Assembly: GCA_037379345.1 (NCBI GenBank)
Contig: CM074517.1
Span: 34,906,001-34,970,000 of the forward strand
Reading direction: 5' to 3'
Source of the DNA: Perna viridis
Taxonomy: Eukaryota
DNA: 64,000 nt
Below are positions 38,701-50,872 of the stretch, one piece after another. The position numbers and the translations under genes are program-made. The notes beneath the pieces are model-generated. The model searched no databases and had not been told where the DNA came from. It worked only from the letters and a program-made list of their open reading frames with translations. How positions within the stretch are numbered: position 1 is the stretch's first letter; each line of letters starts with the position of its first letter.

Positions 38701-39344
38701 TAAATTTAATGACTAAATGCTCATTTGACTTACAACACAAATATCCAGTCATGTTGAAAAACAAATCTTGCATGAACTACCAAAAAACAAGAAAAGATAT
38801 AAGTGTTAGTTTTTTAGAAGGCTTATACATGTACTTGTAGTATTTATAGTTCAGTTGATAATTAAGTTTTAATTTCTCTTTCTTTCATAAATTAGTAAAG
38901 GTTATATAGTAAATGTCCATTTTAAACCTGAATGACAAAAAGATTATCTGAGAAAACATTTTTAGAGCAGATTATCTATATTAACGATATACACAAAGTA
39001 AATATATTAGGTATAAACGACAAAATTTGCCGAACTTGTATACAACTTAACCAGAAAGTAATTTTCTTTGCAAAAATGATGAATCGGATGACCTCAGCTT
39101 ATTTTATAAGCTAATCATGTATTATAGTACCTGACTGGGACAAATCTCATACCGCTAAACAAAAACGTAAGAAATAGAACAAATCTGTCAAATTTTGTTA
39201 TGAATGGTGTTCATTCAGATGAATATTTTCTTCATCAAATGTATAATTGACTTAATTTGATTTTTGAAATGTTTTTTTTTTATTATTGATTCAAACCAGT
39301 TCATGTTCATTTGACTATATCCTTACCTAAAACAACAGATCAAT
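35535..39344 (+). repeat. Near-identical ~930-bp direct duplication (35535-36463 and 38415-39344); second pair 38101-38229 and 39360-39495
   Basis: Direct sequence match, which produces the identical 60-aa ORFs at 36051 and 38932. Confidence 0.93.
37069..37563 (+). CDS. Uncharacterised basic ~164-aa protein (single coding exon)
   Basis: Long, more GC-rich ORF in AT-rich flanks; candidate acceptor ttggtag just upstream; repeated motif (MVSRLTKP / ITDRLIEP). Confidence 0.55.
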   Translation: MSFSVSYNGLATKNIRHIYSTRQSINVKQFRRHKMHYPSPLSHEIALKRRPDVRKRTMAYIPEYETVLPRAPAFRTLPGYNLERMVSRLTKPNKTKQNPRECEHYKKSYHRYEFDLGNQRDDFKRTKSDVRKITDRLIEPILCNKHHHYSKHQRDVDDLTPVYM

Positions 39345-39497
39345 ACACCAAACAAATTCTAAACAAATGGATTACCTTTATTTCAAAGTCAACGAATGAA
39401 GTCAGAAAAAAAAAAAAAATAGGAAAAGCGGGGAAGGTATTACAAGCAGAAGTTATGATTTGTCTAAATTTGCCGAGGATTAAACACAAAGGTCATC

Positions 39498-39501
<4 letters not shown>

Positions 39502-39540
<39 letters not shown>
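39502..39540 (+). repeat. Poly(A) tract, 39 nt
   Basis: Uninterrupted A run. Confidence 0.95.
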
Positions 39541-39542
<2 letters not shown>

Positions 39543-40017
39543 ATATCTTAATAAGCTTAAAGTTTATGGATGGAAGGACATTTTATTTTATTTCTTGACA
39601 TGGGAAATGTGTGTATATGATGTAATGTCAATGTTCACTCTTTCACATATACACGAAACTACATTTATCCACAAACTCATGTTTCCATATTGGCTTGCGA
39701 CCATTTGTATATTTTTTTAAGTACACACATGTGAAGAATCTTTAAAGCAGTTGTATTATGGCTGTGTTCACTATGACGACGTGGTTAATTTGACGGCGAA
39801 AGCTAATCCGGGCTCCATTAAAACCGGTGAAACACAATCTGCAAATGATGTCACTTTTAAATTTAACTACATGTACCCGGTAATTATGAAAAGGTTTTAA
39901 AAAACATTTAAATCATTTTACCCTAAACACTAGTAGAGTTAATTCATACATGTATGAACATTCTAGATCATGAGCTTTATAATAATGTAAAATATACATT
40001 GTACATGTATCTATATA

Positions 40018-40160
40018 GCCTAGCTGGTGAAGTGGTCTAGGGTACTGGACTCAGTGCAGGCGATATTGCCATAGATGTAACAGCGGTACGAGTTCGAGTC
40101 CCGTGGAGAGAATGACAAAAAAATTGCGTCTCAAATTTGACAGTTCTAACATTGTTTGGA
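40018..40160 (+). mobile_element. tRNA-derived SINE-like remnant
   Basis: A-box-like TGGTGAAGTGG and B-box GTTCGAGTCC; no cloverleaf. Confidence 0.5.
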
Positions 40161-40940
40161 ATTTTTCAGACCCTTCTATGTTTACGTTATCTTCCCTGTA
40201 TCAATTTGATCAGATGCAAAGAATTGTGTATGTACATATAGCATGCACAGCTAGGATCAACATAGAATAGCATGTAAGCTGGTAGACTTCAACACACATC
40301 CCATTTGTCTTCTCATACGTATATATTATTTGGTATGGTTGTATCTGTATTTCGATACAGATACTCTGCTGTCTTACCCGATATATGGAGGTTTATTTCT
40401 GCTCGACATATTGAGCTGTCAAGATAATTATGTCAATATGTCGACATAATTATCACAAGTCTACTGAAAAATCTCGAAAAGAACATACATAATAACCCAT
40501 GTAGCCCATGGACTGGTCGGGTCAACCGTGCGACACATACACCCCTATGGAAACGCATTTGGCTCACTTTTTAAATTTTTATTGCTTCATCTCTACTTTT
40601 TTTTAACTTGAGTATGGAAGTCTATTTCTGTCATCGTGATAAATAAATGGCGTGAAAAATTATCTCGAAAAGTCGTGATAATTTGGGTATTTTGTCGACA
40701 TATGGCAATTTTATCTCAAAAAGTCACGATAATTTTCCCAATAGTTAAGATAATTATGTCGGCCGTTCCATATAATTACATGAATTATCGCGACTTTAAG
40801 GGAACCGACGACAACTTGTGTACGGAAGCGTATAGGTATCATTTTTTGTTGTTATAAAAGTCGACATTTCGTATCAAAATTATGGCAAAATACCGATTAT
40901 ACGGTCATTTAATAACCGTCCGATAATACGGAAGCGTATA

Positions 40941-41402
40941 GGTTACAGACCACCAATTCAACCAATGAGATTTGGAACGCAAAAATAGTCCTACGCAGAA
41001 ATTACTCCTGTTCCTCATAGTGCTGTGAAAAAAGTTCCCATCTCATTTAAAAAATTTAAACAGTTTCTGAAAGGAAAAACATTTCTGTACATTTTATAGG
41101 TGCATTTTGCTTCTTGTGATGTGAAGCCTAATTTCCATAATGATTTCTAAATATACCCCTATCTTGTGAAAACACTGGGATTTCCCATGCTATTTATAGA
41201 CACTTCACTTCCCGTGACCAGTACTGCACTGCAAGTCTGCTAACCCCACATGCCATTCTGAGGATTGTGAGCTGACATATGTAGAATCATGCTGATATAT
41301 AGTCCTCTGCAGGTTAAAGTTAAGGTAAAGTCCAGAGAAGCCATTAAATATTGTGAAATTAGCATAGAAGCCTATGGGAAGTGGAATTAGTGGATTTTAG
41401 CC
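40941..41402 (+). mobile_element. MITE with GG...CC imperfect TIRs (Kolobok-like), TSD TATA; copy 1
   Basis: Homologous to 61287-61701. Inserted into the second copy of a short local tandem repeat (40821-40900). Confidence 0.85.
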
Positions 41403-43544
41403 TATAGGTATCATTTTTTGTTGTTATAAAAGTCGACATTTCCTATCAAAATTATTGCAAAATACCGATTATACCTCGATATAAAAATAAATTGTCAATA
41501 AAACAATCGTTTAATATAAAATGTTGATTTTTAAATATCGACAAAAATTATCAACAATAAGATAATGACTTACATATATCAATATAATTTTAACATACGA
41601 CAAGAAAACTTGAAAATGACGAATTATATCACAGGATGTTGATATATTTAAATCGTTTTATCTGTATGTAGACTTGTCCACTTGTTTGCCACATGTCGAT
41701 TATTGGCATGTATTAATGTTCAAATCATATGAAGTAGATGATATTCAAGGAATGATTTATTTTAATAAGATGGACAACTCGGTTAGGTAATTTGACAGTC
41801 TGTGAGAGAAAATGGCTGCTGAAAATGCAAGTGCCAATAGACAGTGATTCTAGTTTACCTTTACGTTTTGTTACATATATTATTTCACGTATCATTTATC
41901 GTAAATTCCGCCTTGTTCGTACCTCTATTACCACCATGACCAGGATTGATTAAACAAGGGTGATTTAGTACACCCAGAACCAGTCCATTCTCTACACGTG
42001 ATTCTCTATAATTGTTAGGGAGGGGGTTTTTTTTGGCGAATGGGCTAATTGATAACCTAATTTTTAACATTTTTTGAGAATTATTATCCATGGTGATTTT
42101 GGATATTTCGTCGGATCCGGCGAAATAGCAGTTTTATTCATTCTCTTACCATACTTATATAAACTTTTTCTTTATAATGTAATCCATATATTTACTAATT
42201 AAATATTTACTTTTTGTAACATTTTTATTAAAGTATCATGATTGTATAGGATGATGTATTTCTCCCCTATATGATTAGCATTGGGTATTCTAGCCTTTTT
42301 GTTGTTTTCAGGTGAAGACCAATTAAATTATCTCTGTTTTTCATTGCAAATTAGGGCAAAATGGACAAATCACATGTATTTATAGCTATTTAACTTGATC
42401 CAGAAGAATGGCCACTGATATCATTTTGCAAAACCCAAATAAATGGACCCAAGACTATTTTTACAGTTCAGGACAAATAGCTTCACATTTTATGAAGGCT
42501 ATAATTAAATGTAGGCTAAGTTTCTTAGACTTCACAGCATTGTCTTCCAGTTAAGAAATAAGACTGCCAGGTGAGTAATTCATGGTCAGCTACTCAAATG
42601 AAATGTGAGTGATTTAGTCTGCTAAGGTAAAGGACCTGTAGTTTCACCTCCATGACTTATGGAAATATAATGTCCAATATTTTATTTGTTTTAACTCTTT
42701 TGTTGACCAGGGATATAACACCTCTAAAGGTATTTAACAACACCAGAAGAATAAGAAATGTATTGTGGCACATAGTTACGAAGATCTGTTTAAAAAAAAG
42801 TAAGAAGCGTGTGACAATATATGCAAGAAACATTGAGTATCTCTAAATAAGCATGAAATTGCAGAAATACAGTGGAAATTATTTTTCAGAAATACATGAA
42901 CCACTGTTAGCTTTTAAACGCCCCTCTTTAAAGACAGGACATATTATGGTATGTCACTGTCTGTCTGTCTTTTGGCTTTCCGCTCATACTTTGCACAATA
43001 ATTCAAAAATGATTTCAGCAATTATCATGAAATTTTGGTGAATTATCTTTATCTGTGACTATAAGCTCCTTTTCATTTGTTATTAGTTTTTGATGGTACA
43101 TATTAAAGAAGGGGGTGTAGTTTTTAAACAATTACTTTAGAATACTTTGGGCGATTGTCATGAAATTTTGGTGAATTGCTTATGTTGATGAACGAAATTT
43201 TGCCTTCATATTTTGGGAATATCTGATTATGTGTTTTGGAAATATGAGACTTTATTTGTGAAAAAGGATTTTTTTTCTCTGTTTTTGTACAATAACTGTA
43301 AAATGCTTCATTATTAATTTAAGCAACTGCCATGATTTTCTTTGTTCATTACTAAACATACCTTTCATTTGTAATATATATTTCATTTTTGAGTTATTGA
43401 ACTTTATTCCTAAAAAGGGGGGTCCGCTGTAGTTCACTGGTTACTCAAAAACTCTTAGAGCAAGTGTGATGAAACTTGTTCATGTTTTAGAGGTATGGAA
43501 CTTTATTCATGAAAAAAGCTTTTTTCCAAGTTTTCGTCGCTTCT

Positions 43545-44245
43545 ACCCCAAAAAACCTGAGGTAAATGGATACCACAGACACTGCGAGGTCAGCCTCATA
43601 TCCTGACCTACACTTAGAAATCGATGGTAAAGGAACACTATTGACCAAACTTTACGACAATCGTGATGACTTTTCATTCAAAATTGTCAACTTTCCTTTC
43701 ATCTGTGGCAATCTCCCTTCAGCACCTGCGTATGGATTGTTCATATCACAACTGGTACGTTATGCCAGAGCTTGCCGAAACTACGCAGACTTTTTGTATC
43801 ACGCTAGAACTCTAACAAATAGGCTTCTGGAACAGGGTCATGTTGCTACAAGATTGAAGTCATCACTACAGAAGTTTTATGGTCATCATCATGAACTCGT
43901 CGATCGCTATGGCGTATCCATCTGCGCCATGATAACTGTTTTATTCAACGTGTCATAGTTTTCTCTTTTCCTCGTTTGCCTAACCCGGCCTTAACTTTTT
44001 ATGAGAAAATCGGCGGGTGTTTCTAGAAAAGCAGAGGGCGCTTACGTGTACCCTAGCGGTGCACCTAGTCCATGTTCCCAGTTTTTAGTGAAGTCCGAGT
44101 TCCTCATTTGGTTTTTTGACTTTGTATGTATGATTTTAGTAACTTCATGGTCTTTGTTGTGTATATCTGTTTTCCGTGTCTGGTCTTTGCCCCTGGGTTA
44201 CATTCTTTAGATTACCGCTATAAACTTGGTTCCTTAATTATTCTC
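43545..44245 (+). mobile_element. Penelope-like retroelement 3' fragment with RT C-terminus (copy 3)
   Basis: DTTDTARSASYPDLHLEID..TKLYDNRDDFSFKIVNFPF..PAYGLFISQLVRYARAC; the ORF ends with no downstream GIY-YIG domain. Confidence 0.8.
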
Positions 44246-44329
44246 TTAAGCACTGCTGGAGTAATAATAGCCAAAATTTTATATTGGTCGACAGATTATC
44301 AGAAAAATTCGACCACAGATAAATCACAT

Positions 44330-44925
44330 AATGTTGAACACTATAACCCTTGTCAGTATTTGGCTAAACCTAACTTTTTGATATACATGGGGAAAACTTC
44401 TGACTGACCCCTACGTCCTATTTTTAGTAACAGCGGCCATGTTTTTGACGGGTCAAAAATCACCACATCAGTTCTATGCAGAATACACCAAGGAACATTT
44501 ATACCAAGTCTGGTCCATTAGTGTCAGAGGAGAAGATTTTTTAAAAGTAATAAGATTAAAAATATCCAAAAAACTACTAAAATGGCAATAACTCCAGAAT
44601 GGGTCGGCAGATTAGCACTAAAATTTGACTGCAGATAGATCTCATCAAACTGAAGATTTTAATATAGTCAGATTTCGGCTAAACATAACGGTTTTTGATA
44701 TACACCCCTATGTTCTATTTTCAGAACAGAGGCCGTGTCTTTAGACGGAGCAAAAATCGCCACATCAGTTCTATGCAGAATACCTCAAGTGATATTTATA
44801 CCAAATTTGGTTATAATTGCCCAGTAGTTTCAGAGGAGAAGAGTTTTGAAAAAAATTGTTTACGACGATGGACGACGACGACGGCAATAGTTCATATGGC
44901 TTTTCAGGCCAGTTGAGCAATAAAC
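44330..44925 (-). mobile_element. Helentron-like non-autonomous element with internal repeats
   Basis: Minus strand starts tttattgctcaactggcc...gtcgtcgtcc; internal ~300-bp repeat; similar to 58490-59412. Confidence 0.5.
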
Positions 44926-44964
44926 GGACAGCATGCCCACCCCCCCCCCGCTAATATATAAACA

Positions 44965-45545
44965 CGGAGGTGGGCACATGTGCTCCTATAGGGTGAGTAG
45001 TTCCTGCCTCTTGCAACACACCCATATTAATGTTCGTAGAAGCCAAGACCGATGAAGAGGAAGAAAGATTATAACAGATGTAGGTCATTAATTATAATTG
45101 AAACAGACACTCCATGTCGGTCATGGCGACGACCCTAGATCTCTAGTGACGACCTTAGTCTGTGTGCAACACACCCTTGTCCTAGTATCTTTTGCATAAG
45201 CCACTGAGCCCTATCTAAAACATTATTATAATGGTCGCACTTTATAGCCAAGTGTATTAATTAGCTGAGAAATACAACTTCATACGCTTGAGTGGATGGA
45301 ATGTTCCTACAAAGGAAAGAATAACTGACAATGAAGAAATCAAGGTCGTCGCGTTTGCTGTATAGTTTAGTTGACAGCTTTCCTCTTTTGTCAATTTCAA
45401 GATGACCCTTCATTTCAAGCTCTTAATGGAAGTTGCCTTCCTTTTGTTATTACTTAGGAAATTTTTGATGAAGTCTGTCTCATAGGTGTGGTAAAACAGA
45501 TCAACAAGTAGAGGTACACAATTGGGGTTCATTGGGCGGCCCCCG
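44965..45545 (-). mobile_element. Degenerate Penelope-like RT fragment
   Basis: Minus strand reads PMNPNCVPLLVDLFYHTYETDFI, resembling the PLE RT motif PMGTNCAPLLADLFL. Confidence 0.6.
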
Positions 45546-45674
45546 GTCTGCTGCAACACTAAACCACCGATTGAAAGAGAACAAAAATGTTAAAAATAAA
45601 AAATAAATAAAAAAAATCAACATAGTAATGACAGTATAGCTATTGTTTGATTCGGAATTGTTTTAACAAGATAT

Positions 45675-46860
45675 ATAAGTCGTCTACATGTACAACAAAC
45701 TGATGGGTGGGGTAGATTTAGCTGACCAGCAAATTACTACATACGAACCAAGTATCAAGTCTGAAAAGCTCTGGAAGAAACTTTTCATTAACTTCTTGTT
45801 AAGAACAGTTGGTAAGATTTTTTATTGTGAAGTTCCGCTATTATCCGGGTAATACTTTGGTCATATTTACCTTTGTTGATCTTCTTAATTTCTTTCTTAG
45901 AAAATTAGTTAACATAATTTTTTCCTATTAGCTTGTCTTTTTATCAAATAATGTATTTAATTAAATTTTTCACATGTACTATTTTTGTTACGTAGTCTTT
46001 AACCTGTCCGTTCGTTCATTTGTTCGGAAAAGTCACCTACATCTATAGAAAAAAATTAAAAATCTACACTATTTGAACGTCTGATTCTTCTTCTCGGCTT
46101 CAAAGTGTTTCACTTTCTTTTTAGTGAATAGCTAAATAATTTATCTTAAATACAGAAGTTCAGCCAGCAAAATGAGTTGTTAAGAGTTTATGTGCAGTCC
46201 TTACCAGGAACTGATAAGGAATTACGCTTGTGAGAAGAAAAGAACAGGAAAACCAGCCGTTCGCTACATCCCATTAAGATTGACTGAACGTCATTCCTGG
46301 TACATGATTATTATAACACTATAATTTATTATATGAATTTCCGGTGTTCAGGCAAATTAACTATAATAATTATACATTAAATTGCGTTTTTCATTTCAAG
46401 AAACACTTCCCCTATGATTATATATAAAACTATATGTAGATGACTTGTTATAACTTGAAAAACTGACTTGCTCTCCATCCGTTTGTCACAACATTACTTG
46501 CCATGCACCTCAAGTTTATTTGTGAGTTACATGAACCATCTCAGTTTTTTTAAGCAGGGCAATCTGTAAAAAAAAACAATTATACTGTTGATGAACTTGC
46601 TAAAAGATCGGTCAGAAGATGTAACCAATTCTACCGCGTTAAAATATATACATTCCCGGTTCGTGGAAATGCGCCGATTTTTAAACAGTCTGTAAAAGTT
46701 TGCTGTACGTCATATTTTATTTCAGATAAAAAGAGAAAAGTCTGTTAGGTTATCAATGCAAAAGTGAGAACTTGGTGCCCGGATAAGCATTGTAATGCAG
46801 CACTGTGCGTAGGGAATGTTTTAAACGATTTTATACCAGAAGGGCGGTTACAGAGGAATA
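45675..46860 (+). pseudogene. Intron-containing piggyBac transposase remnant (C-terminal part)
   Basis: YNKLMGGVDLADQQITTY...KLWKKLF ending at a gtaag donor (45812); next block NS*IIY...RLTERH; last block WCPDKHCNAALCVG..CFKRFYT (Cys-rich tail). Confidence 0.8.
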
Positions 46861-48442
46861 AAGCAATAGAAAATAATGAATATAATAAAATTGGCTAAAT
46901 TTAGTTTCTGTTTCTTTATTCCGGACACGATTTGTTACAGACGGACGCACGGACAGACAGACTGGTCACTAAAGGGTGTCCGCAACTTTTTGTGACGCAG
47001 CCCTAATTATTATAAATCACCACTCGGTGATAACTAATATCATAAGTATCGATTAAATTTTGTCATTCATGTCATTGGCTAGCAAATTTGTGTTTGAATC
47101 GGTATTTCTGTAATCTACAAGTCATCTTAATGTGTTCTATATTTGTTTTTGTTTTTGTTTTTGTTTTTGCCAGTCCGTAATTGGAGGCAAATGCCTACAT
47201 GCCTCAATGATATTTGCGGCCACGCTAGGGGACGGTGATTCAGTAAGAATACAAGTTTGCCTCCTGCCCAATGCAGAAAAGCCCACAGAGAGAAAAACAA
47301 AAAATGATGATTATAAATATAATTGAGTAAAGTAAACGTAAACATTAACATACATACACATAAGTTATTAAAAAAAATCACATAATGTTGTGTATCTAGA
47401 AAACACCAAGGAACGGTCTTATTGGATGTGCTATCTCCTGTTAGGAGATGCAGAATTTTTCCTTGTGTCAATGCAGAAAAAATGGTTTATTAGGGCCAGC
47501 TGCCCACTGGTCTTTAAACTGCAATAAGTATATTAGCTACATTATTTTTAATTAATTGAATGATCTCTAAAATATTATTGTCTTAACAAGTCATTAACAA
47601 AACAAATTATTAGGAGGTCCTAATGAGTACAATTTTATCATGCGTAACGGGAGAGCATGATTTGACTCCGCCACCGAAGATCGAACCCTAGTCCGCTAGG
47701 TGACAAACCAGCGACAAACCGATTCACCTAAAGAATTAATCCTTAAGTCAAGTCAATTAACTGGCTATTTAAATCTCACTACCTACTACAACGCAGGTAG
47801 GCCGTCCTGCCACACATGATTGCAGTGCTGTTGGTTGTTGGCGCTCATTATCATATTTTGTACATCAGAGAAGGAAATTGTGTTTATCAAGGCATGGACT
47901 CCATTATCAATCTAGAAATGTTCTAGAAAAGTTTACACCCCCAACATGTCAAAGTTTTCCCAAACGGCATTCTTTCTGTCCCATGTGCTTCTTCATGTAC
48001 ATGTAGAGATACTTTTTTACTGTAGTCAATACTTAATAAACATTGCGTTATGCTGTATACGTGTTTCAAGGAGCATCCTCTCACCATCAACAAATAGAAC
48101 AAATACATAGGAAGACCAGAATCAAACAATAGTCTCCAATAAGTACTCATAACCTAATATATCCTTTTTCATAAAAAAGATAACAAGAATAGTACCCACT
48201 CGGCTGGAAAAAATAATTATCAATATTTACTTGAACGGGTATGCCTTGAGCATATTTCATGGGTTGCATACAGATGTGTTTGAATAACGGACTTTTCTAA
48301 TCATCAACGAAAATTGTAAGTTGATAATTTTGAATATATGTACATGTATCTATACACGAATTTGATTTAAAAAAAAACCTTTAACTCAAGGAAACAATTT
48401 ATGTTACCGACATCTAGAAAATTAACCAGTTACCGACTTCTT

Positions 48443-48840
48443 ATGTTGCTACAAGATTGAAGTCATCACTACAGAAGTTTTGTGGTCGTCATCATGAACT
48501 CGTGGATCGTTATGGTGTATCCATCTGCACCATGAAAACTGATGTATTCAACGGGTCATAGTTTTCCTTTCCTCGTTTGTCTACCCCGGACTTAACTTTT
48601 TATGAGCAACTCGGCGGGTGTTCCTTGAGAAGCAGAGAACGCTTACCCTACCGGTGCACCTGGTCCATGCTCTCAGTTTTTAGTGGAGTCCGAGTTGCTC
48701 ATTTACTTTTGTTACTTTGTATGTATGATTTTAGTTACTTTATGTTCTTTGTTGTGAATGTCTGTTTTCCATGTCTGGTCTTTGTCCCTGGATTACATTC
48801 TTTTGATTACCGCTATAACCTTGGTTCCCTTGATTACTCT
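48443..48840 (+). mobile_element. Penelope-like repeat 3' fragment (copy 4)
   Basis: Near-identical to 2567-2949 and starts at the same atgttgctacaag position. Confidence 0.75.
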
Positions 48841-50661
48841 TTCAAGTCGCTTAATCGTATGTCATCCAATAAAGTTAATAAATGAGAGAAAAAAATATAT
48901 TGACATATTTTTTAAATCATGTTAATGACATTCCAAGGAAAGAAATAGTATGGAAGCGTATATTAGTCACGAGTTGCTGAGTTATTTTGTTATCAAGTAA
49001 ACATAAACAAGTAGGAAAGATGCATTAAATTTCAACTTGTCGACTTAAATTTGTTCACTTGTTTACTTATTTTCTTTACTTTCCTATTTGTAAAATGTGA
49101 ATATGACAACATCTTTGAACAAGTCTACATGTCGTAAGTATACTTGTGCTGTTGCATTTGTACAAACAATGAAGAAGTAAACTTAATGATGTTTACTTGT
49201 TCAGTTATTAAGTGGACATTTCGCCTTTTTTTAAGTTGACTTGTTGCGTTAGAACAGGCCAAATCAACTTGTATAAAGTGCTCTTGTTCAGTTGAAATGA
49301 GAAGCGTATGGAACAAGTCGACTTGCATTTGTTGACTTGTCTGGTTAATTTCTTTTCTTTCCGACCTTTTCCAGTGCATTAGACTTTATATCAAAATTAT
49401 GATCGTGAGAAATTTGAAAATTAGATACTCATTCCCACGCTAGAATTTTTTGGAGAATGATAGAAGAAAAAATGGAGCTGGATTAAACTATCGATGTAAG
49501 AAATTTTACTAATTATTCAACCATTATAAAAAAGAGAAGATATGCGGTAAGTATCAAGGAGGCCATAATCAATCTAAGTAAAAACGGAGAAAACTGATGA
49601 ATCTAGAGTTCTCCTTAAGGCCTTCAACTAGGGTGGAACTCTACTCCTCATGACGAGCTCTAAAAAGGAAATAATAAAAAAATAAGCGTGTATACTTAAA
49701 ACTGAATACTATAATTACTAGAATATCTTGCCTCAATGTTACTACTAGGAACAGTATTCCAGGTTATTACAATTACATACAAAATACAAATAAATATACA
49801 CGTTCAAAGACAAACCAGCGACCGTGACTCCTCACTTGGGACAGGCACATGGTACATGCGGTGGGGTTAAACATGATTTCCTAGATCCAAACCCTCCCCC
49901 ACATCGTGGCCAAAGGCAAAATCAAAGCAAACAAATGTGGGAAAATACACACTTAAAATATTACATCGAAAAAGCGAATCGAGAAAGGCATTTTTCTCTG
50001 CAGGAGGTAAATGATCTTTATTGTAAAACCATCAATAAACAGACGAAAAACTGCAAAATGCCTCATGAAAAATGACCAAATAAGAAAAACAATCGTTAGT
50101 ACTTTTTATGATGTCACAGGCGCGCGCTTCAATAGCACGTGACGCTAAACGTTGAATCAGGACCGATGGCGATAAAGATGGAGACAGACAATAGGTTGAA
50201 GCATTTAATATGAAATAGGCATTGCCCCAAAAAACGAGCACAGCTCAGTTGTAACGTCACTGAAAAAAAGTTATGAGGTCATTTGTCGGACTGCCCTTAC
50301 TGAAAAAAAATCAGCCTCCTCTGAATGTTTGCTGCACATTTGCATAAATATATTTTATGCAAATGACTTGGGATAATACAAAAATTCAAAAATCGTGTAA
50401 ATGATGCGTAAAAGACTCTGGATTTTGAAGGCAAATCAGCTAAATTTTTAATTGCAAAATCGGATGAACAATGAAGTCCTATACTAGGGGTGAAACCTAA
50501 ATATCAAGATATCCCAGGTCCGGCATTTTTCAAGAATAATAGGAAATAGGACACTATACTATATATTTAAGGTTTTGGTTTGTGAACTTTATCTGGCACT
50601 TTAGGGATACAGTCGACATAGCCCCTAGATAGGTGCGCTTTTTCACTTGTGTCTAGGGCCA

Positions 50662-50872
50662 CAGCGGCGGGTTCAAAGGGGGGCAAAGAGGGCGTACGCC
50701 CCCCCCCACCTTTGAGTGAAAAAATTAATATTTAAAGCACAAAATCGTACAAAAACGTCAATTTTTGGCAAAAAAATAGTCCTAATTTTTTTCAGGCTCG
50801 CTCTGCTCGGCAATATACAGTATATTTTCCTTCATTACGCCCCCTCTTTCAAAAATCCTGGAACCGACCCTG
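50662..50872. mobile_element. Small hAT-like MITE (CAG...CTG) with 5-bp flanking repeat GGCCA
   Basis: Imperfect GC-rich TIRs; GGCCA at 50657-50661 and 50873-50877. Confidence 0.6.

Noticed and set aside
40018-40110. tRNA gene
   Set aside because: A and B boxes are present but there is no cloverleaf; more likely a SINE head. The same applies to 47660-47745 on the minus strand.
41810-42575. Possible upstream exons (splice-like sites at ~42311 and ~42571)
   Set aside because: No coherent reading frame or motif; cannot be linked to the piggyBac remnant.
49590-49620. CTGATGA as a hammerhead ribozyme core
   Set aside because: Could not find compatible stems and a GAAA segment by eye.
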